In this document: positions 27,388-36,562 of the stretch, piece by piece
Layout: every line of letters begins with the position of its first letter
Numbering within the stretch: the first letter of the stretch is position 1
Source of the DNA: Herpetosiphon sp. NSE202
GTDB taxonomy: Bacteria; Chloroflexota; Chloroflexia; Chloroflexales; Herpetosiphonaceae
DNA: 64,000 bases
NCBI RefSeq assembly: GCF_042688385.1
Contig: NZ_JBHUPY010000007.1
Location: 66,110 to 130,109, forward strand
Direction: 5' to 3'
Notes under the pieces: generated by a model
Database searches by the model: none
The model's input: the letters and a program-made list of their open reading frames with translations, nothing else
Told to the model about the DNA's origin: nothing
Position numbers and translations under genes: made by a program

Positions 27388-27881
27388 GTGCGTGACTCCT
27401 CATGCTTTTGATAGGCTTGCTTGAGCGCAAGGGCAATATGGGCGGGCACAAACGAGCTAACGTCGCCGCCATAGGCCGCAATTTCGCGCACCGCGCTTGA
27501 GCTAAGCAACGTAAACCGTTGGTCAGCCATCAAACAGACCGTATCAAGCGTGGGAGCCAAGTGATGATTGATATGCGCCATTTGAAATTCGTGCTCGAAG
27601 TCGGTCGAGGCTCGTAAGCCACGCACCAACACCGTCGCATTAATCCCAAGCGCATATTCCACAACTAAACTCGAAAAAGCATCCACCCGCACATTTGGCA
27701 GGTGCGCTACCGATTCGCGAATCATGGCAATCCGTTGCTCGGTGGTAAATAGCAACTTTTTGTACGGACGATGAGCTACCGCTAAGACCAACTCATCAAA
27801 CAAGCGTGATGCGCGCTCGGCAACATCAAGATGTCCGTTGGTAATTGGGTCGAAGCTTGCAGGGTAGACAGCAATAGTCAC
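27384..27881 (-). CDS. coaD: Phosphopantetheine adenylyltransferase
   Basis: MTIAVYPASFDPITNGHLD is the HxGH nucleotidyltransferase motif. Confidence 0.85.
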   Translation of the reverse strand: MTIAVYPASFDPITNGHLDVAERASRLFDELVLAVAHRPYKKLLFTTEQRIAMIRESVAHLPNVRVDAFSSLVVEYALGINATVLVRGLRASTDFEHEFQMAHINHHLAPTLDTVCLMADQRFTLLSSSAVREIAAYGGDVSSFVPAHIALALKQAYQKHEESRT

Positions 27882-27887
27882 AGGTGA

Positions 27888-28463
27888 TTACTCCGATTGC
27901 GGCGGTAACGCTGGGCTCAATTCATACATTGAGAAACAGGAATCGCCGATACGCCGATGCTTGAGTAAACTCAGTGGCCCAAGTTGGGGCGGCATCACCA
28001 GCTTTGGCCAATGGCCTAAAACTAATACGCCATTTGGATCTAAAATGCCGCGTTCAGCAACCCGCACCACAAGGTCGGGAATGCCTTCCATAGCATATGG
28101 CGGATCGAGCAGGATTATAGCATATTTTGTTTTTTCGTCGATGATTTGCAGAAATTTATCGACGGAAATGTTCCAAACTTTGGCTCGCTCAGCCAGTTTG
28201 GTAGTTTTTAGGTTGTCTTTGGTCACCGCCGCCACATGGCTGCGCGCCTCAACAAAATCGGCCCATTCAGCCCCACGCGATAAGCACTCGATGCCCAACG
28301 ATCCGGTGCCAGCAAATAAATCGAGTGCGCGGCCTTCAAAGGCATCAAAGCCCTCTAAAATAGCAAATAACGATTCTTTGACCCGATCAAGCATCGGGCG
28401 CGTGCCAATATCTGGCGGGCCTTTTAATTGTCGCCCCTTGGCACTGCCAGTAATCACCCGCAT
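27888..28463 (-). CDS. rsmD: 16S rRNA (guanine966-N2)-methyltransferase RsmD
   Basis: MRVITGSAKGRQLKGPP ... LDLFAGTGSLGIE ... DPPY. Confidence 0.8.
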   Translation of the reverse strand: MRVITGSAKGRQLKGPPDIGTRPMLDRVKESLFAILEGFDAFEGRALDLFAGTGSLGIECLSRGAEWADFVEARSHVAAVTKDNLKTTKLAERAKVWNISVDKFLQIIDEKTKYAIILLDPPYAMEGIPDLVVRVAERGILDPNGVLVLGHWPKLVMPPQLGPLSLLKHRRIGDSCFSMYELSPALPPQSE

Positions 28464-28464
28464 T

Positions 28465-28615
28465 GGCGTAACCCCGTAAATAAAGGATGAGGGATGAAGG
28501 ATGAAAATTCAGAGCGAATTATGAGTAAGCCAATTTTTAGGCTAGATTAATGGCAATAAACCCAATAACCTATAAATTTTCGCTTATCCTCATTCATAAT
28601 TCATCCTTCATCCTT
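28465..28615. repeat. Spacer with the inverted GGATGAGGGATGAAGGATG / CATCCTTCATCC motif pair
   Basis: GGATGAGGGATGAAGGATGA at about 28485 and its reverse complement at about 28592-28612 bracket an AT-rich core. Confidence 0.6.
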
Positions 28616-28963
28616 CTAAAAGACTTCTGCGCCGAATTCGGCTAGCTCGTCGGCAATCGATTCAATATCGTGGATGGTGCGCATTTTTTTGATCAGCCCC
28701 GTATATTTTTGGCGATTGGCATCGTGAGCCATCACCGCCCGCTCAACATATTGGGTCAAATACAATTTCAGGGCCGCTAATTGGCCTTCATCCAAGCGCT
28801 CGCCGTTCATATAAGCATCGACAGCAGCCTCTAAAACGCCAGTTTGTTCTTCCATCCAAAAGCGTGGTGGCACTGCCACCTTAAATGGATATGGGTATTC
28901 GCGGTTGGGCACAAATACTAAATTGCCAATTTGCTCGGCATCTTCGGGCCATTGCTCTGTCAT
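28616..28963 (-). CDS. Hypothetical protein of 115 aa
   Basis: It is a clean ORF with host codon usage. I recognise no domain. Confidence 0.4.
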   Translation of the reverse strand: MTEQWPEDAEQIGNLVFVPNREYPYPFKVAVPPRFWMEEQTGVLEAAVDAYMNGERLDEGQLAALKLYLTQYVERAVMAHDANRQKYTGLIKKMRTIHDIESIADELAEFGAEVF

Positions 28964-28986
28964 TTTCGCAGAATCCTTCAGTAGAT

Positions 28987-30027
28987 TTAGTTCTGAATAT
29001 CGTTCAAGCTCGCCAAAGGCACAATTGGGTCGATTTGCTGCACGCTATTACTTTCAGCGGCATCAATTGCCCGCATAATTAAGCGCCAATCGGCCAATGC
29101 GCTTGCCAACGTGGCCACAATTGGCTCATCGTCAACAATCGCCGCGTAAAAATTACGAAACTCGCTTTCGTAACCACGCAAATCACGAGCTTGGTAGTGT
29201 TCTATTGTACCATCAGCCCGATATAATGTCGTCTGATCGCCACGAATCGTAATACTACCACTCGTGCCATGCACAACTGTCCAATCAAACGAGGGATTTT
29301 CGGTTTTCACTGCGCCCGAAAAACACAGCGAACCAAGCGCACCCGAGGCAAAGCGCAAATTCAAAACCATGGTGTCAGGGCCGCGCAGCACCGGATGCAC
29401 ATCTTTAATGAAGGCATGGGCGCTTTCGATTGGCCCGCCAATTTCGCGCAACAAGGCTGCTTGATGCACCCCAGCATCGGCCAACACCGCGCCGCGATAT
29501 TGATGATCGTGCCGCCAAGGCGTTGCGCCAAAGCCTTGGGTTGGATCACTCCAAAAGGTTGCACGTAGATCAATCAACACCACATCGCCAATCGCGCCTG
29601 CATCCATCCAAGATCGCGCTTGTTTAAGATCATCGCGATAATGAAAATTCTCGGCAATCAGAATTTTGACTGGGGCATATTTGCACGCTGCAACCAACGC
29701 TTCGGCTTGGGGCAAATTCGCCGCCAATGGTTTTTCGCAAATCACATGTTTGCCAGCAGCCACTGCCGCCTGAATTGCCTCGGCGTTGCGCTGAATTGGC
29801 AACGAAATTAACACTGCATCGACCGACGAATCAGCAAAGAAATCCACCCACGAATCAGTGATCGTTGGGTGGATATCCAGCAGGCATGCCAACGCCTCAG
29901 CATTTGCCCGATTATGGTCGCAAATGCTAACAATTTGAAAGGAATTTGGTAATGCTTTGAGCGCTGGCAGATGCAAATGCTTGACCGCTAAACCGGCTCC
30001 AAGCACTCCTAACCTGATTGTTTTCAT
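28987..30027 (-). CDS. Gfo/Idh/MocA-family NAD(P)-dependent oxidoreductase
   Basis: MKTIRLGVLGAGLAVKHLHLPAL is the Rossmann N-terminus of this family. The conserved EKP motif is HVICEKPLA. Confidence 0.75.
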   Translation of the reverse strand: MKTIRLGVLGAGLAVKHLHLPALKALPNSFQIVSICDHNRANAEALACLLDIHPTITDSWVDFFADSSVDAVLISLPIQRNAEAIQAAVAAGKHVICEKPLAANLPQAEALVAACKYAPVKILIAENFHYRDDLKQARSWMDAGAIGDVVLIDLRATFWSDPTQGFGATPWRHDHQYRGAVLADAGVHQAALLREIGGPIESAHAFIKDVHPVLRGPDTMVLNLRFASGALGSLCFSGAVKTENPSFDWTVVHGTSGSITIRGDQTTLYRADGTIEHYQARDLRGYESEFRNFYAAIVDDEPIVATLASALADWRLIMRAIDAAESNSVQQIDPIVPLASLNDIQN

Positions 30028-30383
30028 TAATGGCGAGCCTCGCGCTGGAAGCGGCGACGTTGCATGAGGGTTGGGCGACGGCGAATTTTGAAGGGCGATG
30101 GTGGAGTTAATGGATCATCAGCAGCCAAACGAGCGCGGCGCTTGGGCCGTTCAAAGCGATAATAATCGAAGCCAACTAAGCCAACCCCAATCACGGCGGC
30201 AACCGCGATAACCACCGAACCAACCAGGCCTTCAGCGTTGCGGGTATAAACCAAGCCGCTCACAAAGGCAGTTGCGAGGGTTAGCCAGCCCAACGCACCT
30301 TGCCAGCGCTTGCGAAAAACAAACAACACAAGAACAGCAAACACCGCTAAAAAGCCGAAAACGAACCAATCAACACGAGTCAT
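30027..30383 (-). CDS. Hypothetical small membrane protein
   Basis: It has three hydrophobic helices and an Arg-rich C-terminus. Its stop overlaps the start of the downstream gene. Confidence 0.4.
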   Translation of the reverse strand: MTRVDWFVFGFLAVFAVLVLFVFRKRWQGALGWLTLATAFVSGLVYTRNAEGLVGSVVIAVAAVIGVGLVGFDYYRFERPKRRARLAADDPLTPPSPFKIRRRPTLMQRRRFQREARH

Positions 30384-30566
30384 AGCGTGCTCCTCTAAGT
30401 CAAAGCATGGCGGTTAATACTGTAGCACACAATGGGCCATGCCTTCCGAGCCAATTCCGATTGATTATGGTTAATCATGGGCCATAATCGCATGTTTGAC
30501 AAGCAGGCTTTAGATCTATTATTCTATACCTTGTATAACAAAGTATCCTTTATCACAAGGTAGCCT

Positions 30567-30902
30567 ATGTTTGAACGTGAACTTCTTAAAGGTAGCCTCG
30601 GTTTGATGCTGATGGCACTCATTGAGCAAGGCCCAATGTATGGCTACCTGATCGCGAAGGAAATTCGCTCCCTCACCGACGACGTAATTGATCTGAAAGA
30701 GGGATCGCTTTATCCGGCGCTTCATCGGTTGGAAAAAGAAGGGATGATTGAAGGCTTCTGGCAACGCCGTGAAGACGGTGTTGACCGACGCTACTATCGG
30801 ATAACGGCGGCTGGTCAAGCTGTCTTAGACGAACGTCGCGCCCAATGGAGTCGATTTAGTGCCGCAGTTTCAAAGGTGGTCTCCGATGCACCGTCCCAAT
30901 GA
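30567..30902 (+). CDS. PadR-family transcriptional regulator
   Basis: GYLIAKEI...LKEGSLYPALHRLEKEGMIEG is the PadR winged-helix signature. Confidence 0.8.
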   Translation: MFERELLKGSLGLMLMALIEQGPMYGYLIAKEIRSLTDDVIDLKEGSLYPALHRLEKEGMIEGFWQRREDGVDRRYYRITAAGQAVLDERRAQWSRFSAAVSKVVSDAPSQ

Positions 30903-31422
30903 TAGCTATTTTGCTGAACTTGAACATGAATTAGCAGCGCTCAGTGTGGCCGAACGTGAAGCCATTCTGCGCGAGCTTCGTTCGCACTACGACGATGCCG
31001 CTGCCGATCCCACTGCTGATGATCAGACATTACGCTTAGGTTTGCCGTTTCAGGCCGATCAAATTGGGCGTAAGCTCAAGCGCATTCATCGCTCGGCGAA
31101 ACGCGAGGCGATTAAACATCGCACGATGATGATCGTCGCAACCGTGATTGCCAGCATTGCAATTGTGCTCTCGTTTATCTTTCCATGGATCGATGGCAAT
31201 CTTTTGGCCTTCATCCTTGGCGGCACAGCCGTGGTCTGCTCAATTCTCTCAGTTGTCGGAATTTGGCTGCCAAAACAAACGGTCGGCCAATGGCTCTTTT
31301 GGAGTGGTAGCACCGGCCTGACATTAATCGGCCTACCATCGGTGATTAGTTTCAGCAGTTTCTATCTGATCTTCGGCCCTTTGTTGTTGTGGACAGGAAC
31401 CCGACTACAACGGACGTATTAA
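30859..31422 (+). CDS. DUF1700-like membrane protein, the usual PadR partner
   Basis: It overlaps the PadR stop. The N-terminus is YFAELEHELAALSVAEREAILRELRSHY, followed by 4 TM segments. Confidence 0.55.
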   Translation: MPQFQRWSPMHRPNDSYFAELEHELAALSVAEREAILRELRSHYDDAAADPTADDQTLRLGLPFQADQIGRKLKRIHRSAKREAIKHRTMMIVATVIASIAIVLSFIFPWIDGNLLAFILGGTAVVCSILSVVGIWLPKQTVGQWLFWSGSTGLTLIGLPSVISFSSFYLIFGPLLLWTGTRLQRTY

Positions 31423-31429
31423 GCCGCTA

Positions 31430-32509
31430 ATGTGGCTGCCCCGTTCGAGCGGGGTTTCTTTAGTGTGCCTAAAAACAAGGAGTAGCGCTGTGTTACACGA
31501 ACAACAAACCCCTATCACCCCCTTAGTTATCAATGGCCCATGGACGCGCGAAGCCCGCGAACGCGCCATTGCTGAAGAAGTAAAATTAGCCTATATCGAA
31601 TATTTTCGCAAAGCTGTCAAAACCCGCAATTGGTTGCCATGGGACGATTTGCCCTTGCGCGAGATGGAGCAATATGGCCATCTGCTCAGCGAAGATACCG
31701 TAACCTTGGTCGAAAGTTTCCTCGGCGTTGAAGATTATGTCGGCGATTATGTCGAGGATACAATCAACATTGTCCATGGTAAACGTGAACGGCGCAATAT
31801 TCAATTGCAATGGGGCGCTGAAGAATCAAAACATGCAGAAGCCTGGGAATTGGTGTTGTTGCACTCAGGCCGCCGCACCAAAGAGCAATTAGAAAGCTAT
31901 CGCGATCAAGTGGCCGAGCATCGCTGGACGATGTATGAAAATCACCCTGGCTTTGACACGCCCTTGGGCGTTGCCGCCTATGCCATGGTCCAAGAACGCG
32001 CCACCTATTTCAATTATGAAGAATTGCGCAAACGGATTCGCAGCGAATATGGCTTGCCTGAGCATAGCACCGAAGAAGAACGCAAACGTGGCAAGCAAAT
32101 TGGCGCAGCCGCAGCCTTCAAAATTGTTGGCGTTGATGAAATTGCCCACCACGGCATGTTTTTGCGCGTGATCGATATTTACAAGCGCTATTTGCCCTAT
32201 GAAACGCTCGATATGGTGTTTCGGGTGCTGAATGGCTTCAACATGCCAGCGCTACACATTTTGCCCAATGCAGAGGAACTGAAAGCCTCCTTGGAACGCA
32301 CCAAGCTCTATACGCCACTCAAGCATGGCCGTTTTGTCGCCAACCCTGTGCTCGATGCAATGGGCTTCAATAACAAACGCGCCCTTGAACGGGCCGTGCA
32401 ACACGCCAAGCTGTTGCCAACTGGCCTTGGCCCTGAGCACGTCGCGATTGGCCGCGATGGCGAGTTTGTGATTTCGATGCAGCCAGATGCAGAAGTCGAA
32501 GCCGCCTAG
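31430..32509 (+). CDS. Soluble acyl-ACP desaturase (ferritin-like di-iron, stearoyl-ACP desaturase family)
   Basis: The two ExxH di-iron motifs are WGAEESKHAEAW and GVDEIAHHGMF, with further Glu ligands (MVQERATYFNYEE). A probable GTG start is at about 31487. Confidence 0.65.
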   Translation: MWLPRSSGVSLVCLKTRSSAVLHEQQTPITPLVINGPWTREARERAIAEEVKLAYIEYFRKAVKTRNWLPWDDLPLREMEQYGHLLSEDTVTLVESFLGVEDYVGDYVEDTINIVHGKRERRNIQLQWGAEESKHAEAWELVLLHSGRRTKEQLESYRDQVAEHRWTMYENHPGFDTPLGVAAYAMVQERATYFNYEELRKRIRSEYGLPEHSTEEERKRGKQIGAAAAFKIVGVDEIAHHGMFLRVIDIYKRYLPYETLDMVFRVLNGFNMPALHILPNAEELKASLERTKLYTPLKHGRFVANPVLDAMGFNNKRALERAVQHAKLLPTGLGPEHVAIGRDGEFVISMQPDAEVEAA

Positions 32510-32524
32510 GATTTTGCCTAAAGC

Positions 32525-32560
32525 CCAAAGCGCAGGGAGCATTGAATCCCTGCGCTTTGG
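32525..32560. terminator. Bidirectional terminator between the desaturase gene (+) and the STAS gene (-)
   Basis: It is a perfect 14-bp stem, CCAAAGCGCAGGGA-gcattgaa-TCCCTGCGCTTTGG. Confidence 0.65.
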
Positions 32561-32605
32561 TGTTTAACCCAGCATTCATCGAACAACAAATGGTTAAGAA
32601 GAACG

Positions 32606-32971
32606 TTAAGAATTCGAGATTGATGATTGTTGGGTGTTGGTGTAGGCTGCCAAATCTTGTTCTTCAATTACTGGCATAAAGCGCGTCATCTCGACCATCT
32701 TGAAGATTTTTTGATGATGGGGGCTGACATGGAGACAAAAGACTTTATAGCCATTCTTGCGCGCAGCCACCACAAACTTCAGCAGCACCGAAATGCCAGC
32801 CGAGTTGATAAAGGCCACATCGGCAAAATCTAAAACCGTAATTGGTTTCATTTGAGTACAAGCATGCTCGATCGCTGCCGCCGAAACGGCATCGACGCTG
32901 TTGGTCAAAATATGCAACAGCACGACATCATCCCACTCTTCTCGGCGAATTACCGATTGTACGTCGCTCAT
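32606..32971 (-). CDS. STAS-domain anti-sigma-factor antagonist (RsbV/SpoIIAA-like)
   Basis: ITVLDFADVAFINSAGISVLLKFVVAARKNG places the phosphorylatable Ser in the canonical D(F/L)xxVxFIdSaG context. The start MSDVQS is at 32971. Confidence 0.75.
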   Translation of the reverse strand: MSDVQSVIRREEWDDVVLLHILTNSVDAVSAAAIEHACTQMKPITVLDFADVAFINSAGISVLLKFVVAARKNGYKVFCLHVSPHHQKIFKMVEMTRFMPVIEEQDLAAYTNTQQSSISNS

Positions 32972-33099
32972 AATAGATCTCCTAGGTTGGTCAACGCGGC
33001 CAACTCTGCCTTGATCATAGTTGAGCAAGCGATTTTTGGCAACCAAGCTGCATGAAATTTTGATGACAGATCTTATAGAACAGAGAGCAAAGAACATAG

Positions 33100-33477
33100 A
33101 ACATAGGATTGAGATTAGGGTTCAGGGGCGAGGGGCCGGGGATCAGGGGCAAGGTTTAACGCAGAGGCGCAAAGGGACGATGGTTATGGGCTGTGTGTAC
33201 TGATTCATTGCGTTAACAACGATTCCCCCTCACCCCCTAGCCCCCTCTACCGCCCGCGAGCGAGGGGGAAACGCTGAATCAGTGCTCCCCTCGCCCGCGT
33301 TCAGTGGGAGAGGGGCTGGGGGTGAGGGCATGCACCTGGTTGCCAACCCAATGAGCTAGTACAGCTAGGGGCTATCGGTGATTCATTAGAACTATCGACA
33401 ATTGTTCCGCTAGCCCCTAGACCCCAATCCCTGAACGCTAGCCCCGACCCCTGATCCCCAGCCCCCGCCCCCACTCA
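33100..33477. repeat. Repeat-filled spacer containing one complete MITE-like element
   Basis: The element spans about 33190-33370. Its arms are CCCCTCACCCCCTAGCCCCCTCTACCGCCCGCGAGCGAGGGGG and, inverted, CCCCTCGCCCGCGTTCAGTGGGAGAGGGGCTGGGGGTGAGGG. Its tail is GGTTGCCAACCCAATGAGCTAGTACAGCTAGG. It is flanked by GGGGATCAGGGG-type and GAACATAGAACATAG motifs. Confidence 0.8.
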
Positions 33478-33897
33478 CTACTTCGCTTTGAAAATTCGCA
33501 GCCGCAAACTGGTGCCAGTGCCAGAGCTTTGCACCTCGTATTGATCGACCAACTCGCTAATCAGATACGAGCCAAAACCACGCAGCATGCCCGATTCAAG
33601 ATTATCTTCCTCGACCACGCGGCGCTCGGTGTTGAAGTGCTCGATGCCTTTGCCATGATCGATAATTTCAACTTCTAATTGATCGGCGTGCAACGAGAAA
33701 ATAACTTCGACCGAGCCAGCCACGCCGCCACCACCGCCATGCTCAATCGCGTTGGTGACGGCTTCGCTCACCGCCAGCTTGAGATCTTCGACGCGCTCGC
33801 GCGGAAAGCCCATGGTGCTGCCAAGCTCGGCAGCGCTGGCCCGCACAACCCGCTCAAAAACCAGGTCAGATGGAATGTTGAGGTGAATCCGATTCAT
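33478..33897 (-). CDS. Anti-sigma regulatory factor, a Ser-protein kinase (RsbW/SpoIIAB-like HATPase_c)
   Basis: AVSEAVTNAIEHGGGGG is the N-box/G-box of GHKL kinases. It is 139 aa. Confidence 0.75.
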   Translation of the reverse strand: MNRIHLNIPSDLVFERVVRASAAELGSTMGFPRERVEDLKLAVSEAVTNAIEHGGGGGVAGSVEVIFSLHADQLEVEIIDHGKGIEHFNTERRVVEEDNLESGMLRGFGSYLISELVDQYEVQSSGTGTSLRLRIFKAK

Positions 33898-35450
33898 CGT
33901 GAACCTCCACGGGCCATTGCGCGGCCCTTTTGGGGTAATTGTTCCTGTTGATTGATCAGATGTTCATAGCGGCGAAGGTAGGCTTTGCCCAAGGAGCTGT
34001 TGCCAACTTGCAGGTAACATGCCCCCAGATAATAGAGTGCTTGGGTATGGCGTGGGTTACGCCGCAGCACTTTTTCAAATAACGGGATGGCTTGGGCTGG
34101 CTCGAGCATTTCTTTATAGCACGTGCCCAGCATAAAGGTGGTTTCAATATCATCGGGCCAGTGCATCAGCACATGGCTAAATTCACGTGATGCCAAATCG
34201 TAGCGTCGCCGCCGCGTGTACATATAGCCCAAATCGTAGCGCAATGAATGGGCATGCGGTGCTAACTCCACCGCTTTGCGCCAAGCAGCCAAGGCCCAAC
34301 TTTCGTGGCCCAACACGGTATACATAAAGCCCAGCAAGTAGTAGGCGTTGGGATCTTTGGGCAAGAGCTGCACCGCACGTTCAAAAGCACGCATGGCGGC
34401 ATGATGTTTTTCTAAATCATAGAGCAGTTTGCCCATTTGCAAGAAAATTTGGCCATCGTTGGGGCGCAATTTGGCGGTGCTATACAAATGGTTGTAGGCC
34501 TCGCGATGCTTACCCTGAAAACGCAAAATCGCGCTGATGCGTAGCCGCGCATCAACATAATAGCGATCTTGCGGTGGAATTTGGCCATACTCTTGGAACG
34601 CCAATTCCCAGCGCCGCGCCCGCGCTAACAAATTACCAAGCAAATAGCGCGCCCGATGTTCGGTTGGCCGCCATTTGAGCAAGGCTTCGTAAATTCGCTT
34701 GGCATCTTCGTCGTAGCCTTGAGCTTTGAGGTCGTCGCTCAAACGGTAGTACCAGTTGGCAACCTCTTGCTCCGATTTGCTCACCAGCACTTCATCGGGG
34801 CCAACGCTGGGCGAGATAAAGGTTGGCTCAACCCGCAACGCCTCAGCAAAACAACGCTGAGCCAATTCGTGAGCACCATGGGCTTGGTGCATCAAACCCA
34901 TGTAATACAAAGGTTCGCCAGCGTAGGGCCGCAACTCGCGGGCCGAGGTAAAGTGAATATAGGCCCGTCCAGCGTCGTCGAGCATCTGATAGGCGCGACC
35001 AAGCGCAAAATGGGCCTCGTACAAGCCATTGTTATGCTCAAGCGCTTCCTTGAAAGCGCCAATTGCGCGATCAATTTGGCGCATCGCCCCAAAAGCCACG
35101 CCCAAGTTATAGTGCGCTTCGGCCAGTTGCGGATCGGTTTGTACCGATTCCAAATATTCGCGCTGGGCAGTTGGCCAATCATCTTGAAACGCGCAGGCAT
35201 TGCCAATATACAAATAAATAATCGCCCGCTCGCGATCATAAATTTGCGATTTCTCATCGCCCTCGACATAGGCCGCGATCAACGCGGTTTTGAAATGCTC
35301 GATTGCATCAGGATAATTGGCGGCCAAATAGGCTTTGATCCCGCGTCCAAACGCAGCACCCAAGCGCGTCCCAGCCATAAAACGCTCGCTCCCAGCAAAG
35401 GTATCGAGGTCCAGCGGCATTACATTGAGCGTGTCAACATTGGTAGTCAT
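33894..35450 (-). CDS. TPR-repeat protein
   Basis: At least 10 TPR-like 34-aa repeats are present (AxxYxxLGxxYxxxGxxxxAxxxYxxAL). The antisense 366-aa ORF at 34656..35756 is rejected. Confidence 0.7.
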   Translation of the reverse strand: MTTNVDTLNVMPLDLDTFAGSERFMAGTRLGAAFGRGIKAYLAANYPDAIEHFKTALIAAYVEGDEKSQIYDRERAIIYLYIGNACAFQDDWPTAQREYLESVQTDPQLAEAHYNLGVAFGAMRQIDRAIGAFKEALEHNNGLYEAHFALGRAYQMLDDAGRAYIHFTSARELRPYAGEPLYYMGLMHQAHGAHELAQRCFAEALRVEPTFISPSVGPDEVLVSKSEQEVANWYYRLSDDLKAQGYDEDAKRIYEALLKWRPTEHRARYLLGNLLARARRWELAFQEYGQIPPQDRYYVDARLRISAILRFQGKHREAYNHLYSTAKLRPNDGQIFLQMGKLLYDLEKHHAAMRAFERAVQLLPKDPNAYYLLGFMYTVLGHESWALAAWRKAVELAPHAHSLRYDLGYMYTRRRRYDLASREFSHVLMHWPDDIETTFMLGTCYKEMLEPAQAIPLFEKVLRRNPRHTQALYYLGACYLQVGNSSLGKAYLRRYEHLINQQEQLPQKGRAMARGGSR

Positions 35451-35460
35451 AACAGTTCCC

Positions 35461-36558
35461 TTAGGACGATCCTTTGGTGGATTGGAGCAAGCGATATTCT
35501 TCGATCACTGGGCGCAATTGCGCTTGAAGCTCGCGGGCAATTCCACGGCCAAATTGGCTGGCCACCATTTCATTCAACGGACGCAACAACTCTAGGCATT
35601 GGTCGGGCGTGCGGTTTGCGCCAACAAGGTCTAGGCTTTGCCACCATTCATCAGCAGTCATTGGCCCAACCACATCGGCCACAATGCTATGCATTTCATC
35701 AAGCAAATTGGCCAAACGCCGCCGCACGAGCACCATCGTCACATCATCGTGTTTGAGTTGGCCTTGGGTCCAAGCACGAACTTCGCTGAGCACGCGGGCC
35801 ATCAATGCCCGTGGCTTAAGGTGGCCAACTGTTTGTAAAAGGCTCTGAAAGCGTGGGTAGCCATATAAAACTTGATGCTCATTGGTCGCTTCAACAACCC
35901 CGTCAGTGTACAACATGACTGAATCGCCATAATTTAGTTGCAAGATGGATTCAGTATAGCAATCAATCTCCATCACGCCGAGCGGCACACCTGACGTTTC
36001 GATTTCAACAACTTGATTATTGATCACAATCAGATAATTGTGCCCAGCATTTGCCAATTGCATCATGCCAGTTTGCGGGTTGATTAATGCATAGAGCATC
36101 GTAACCATGCCCTGCGGCATTTCTTCGATCAAAATATTATTGACTGCGGCCAAGGTGTGGCCTGGCGATTGACCACGCCGCACTTCGGCCCGAAAAACCG
36201 TGCGCGCCACAGCCATGCGCAAAGCAGCAGGCAAGCCCTTGCCGCTCACATCGCCAATCATAATCCCTTGCGAGTCGTTGACCGCCAGAAAATCATAGAG
36301 GTCGCCGCCAAGCTCGCGGGCTGGCAACGAAACTGCGCTCAGCTCCCAGCCCGGCAGGCGCGGCACGGTTTCGAGCATCAGGCCTTGCTGCAAATCACGC
36401 GCCAATTGCAAATCTTGTTCCAACTCAGCTTGACGTTGGTCGGGCACTGGTGCTGCGGGCACTGGCGCAGGCAAAACAGGCTCAAGCGGAATCGCCACCC
36501 GACCATGAGCACGGTGACTGAGCAGTGAACTATAGATTGCTGGCTGTACTTTTTGCAT
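35461..36558 (-). CDS. PP2C-family phosphatase (SpoIIE/RsbU-like), soluble, with a Pro-rich N-terminus
   Basis: IMIGDVSGKGLPAALRMAVARTVF and VMLYTDGVVEATN. Confidence 0.75.
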   Translation of the reverse strand: MQKVQPAIYSSLLSHRAHGRVAIPLEPVLPAPVPAAPVPDQRQAELEQDLQLARDLQQGLMLETVPRLPGWELSAVSLPARELGGDLYDFLAVNDSQGIMIGDVSGKGLPAALRMAVARTVFRAEVRRGQSPGHTLAAVNNILIEEMPQGMVTMLYALINPQTGMMQLANAGHNYLIVINNQVVEIETSGVPLGVMEIDCYTESILQLNYGDSVMLYTDGVVEATNEHQVLYGYPRFQSLLQTVGHLKPRALMARVLSEVRAWTQGQLKHDDVTMVLVRRRLANLLDEMHSIVADVVGPMTADEWWQSLDLVGANRTPDQCLELLRPLNEMVASQFGRGIARELQAQLRPVIEEYRLLQSTKGSS

Positions 36559-36562
36559 AAAA

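Noticed and set aside
34656-35756. 366-aa ORF antisense to the TPR-protein gene, plus similar long antisense ORFs at 20438-21325 (opposite accC), 41109-41822 (opposite cheA), 50146-51015 (opposite the kinase) and 48752-49300 (opposite the ABC-F gene)
   Set aside because: Each lies entirely within a well-supported gene on the other strand. Their products are low-complexity and Ala/Arg/Gly-rich, as expected from antisense translation of GC-rich codons. None has an RBS or a recognisable domain.
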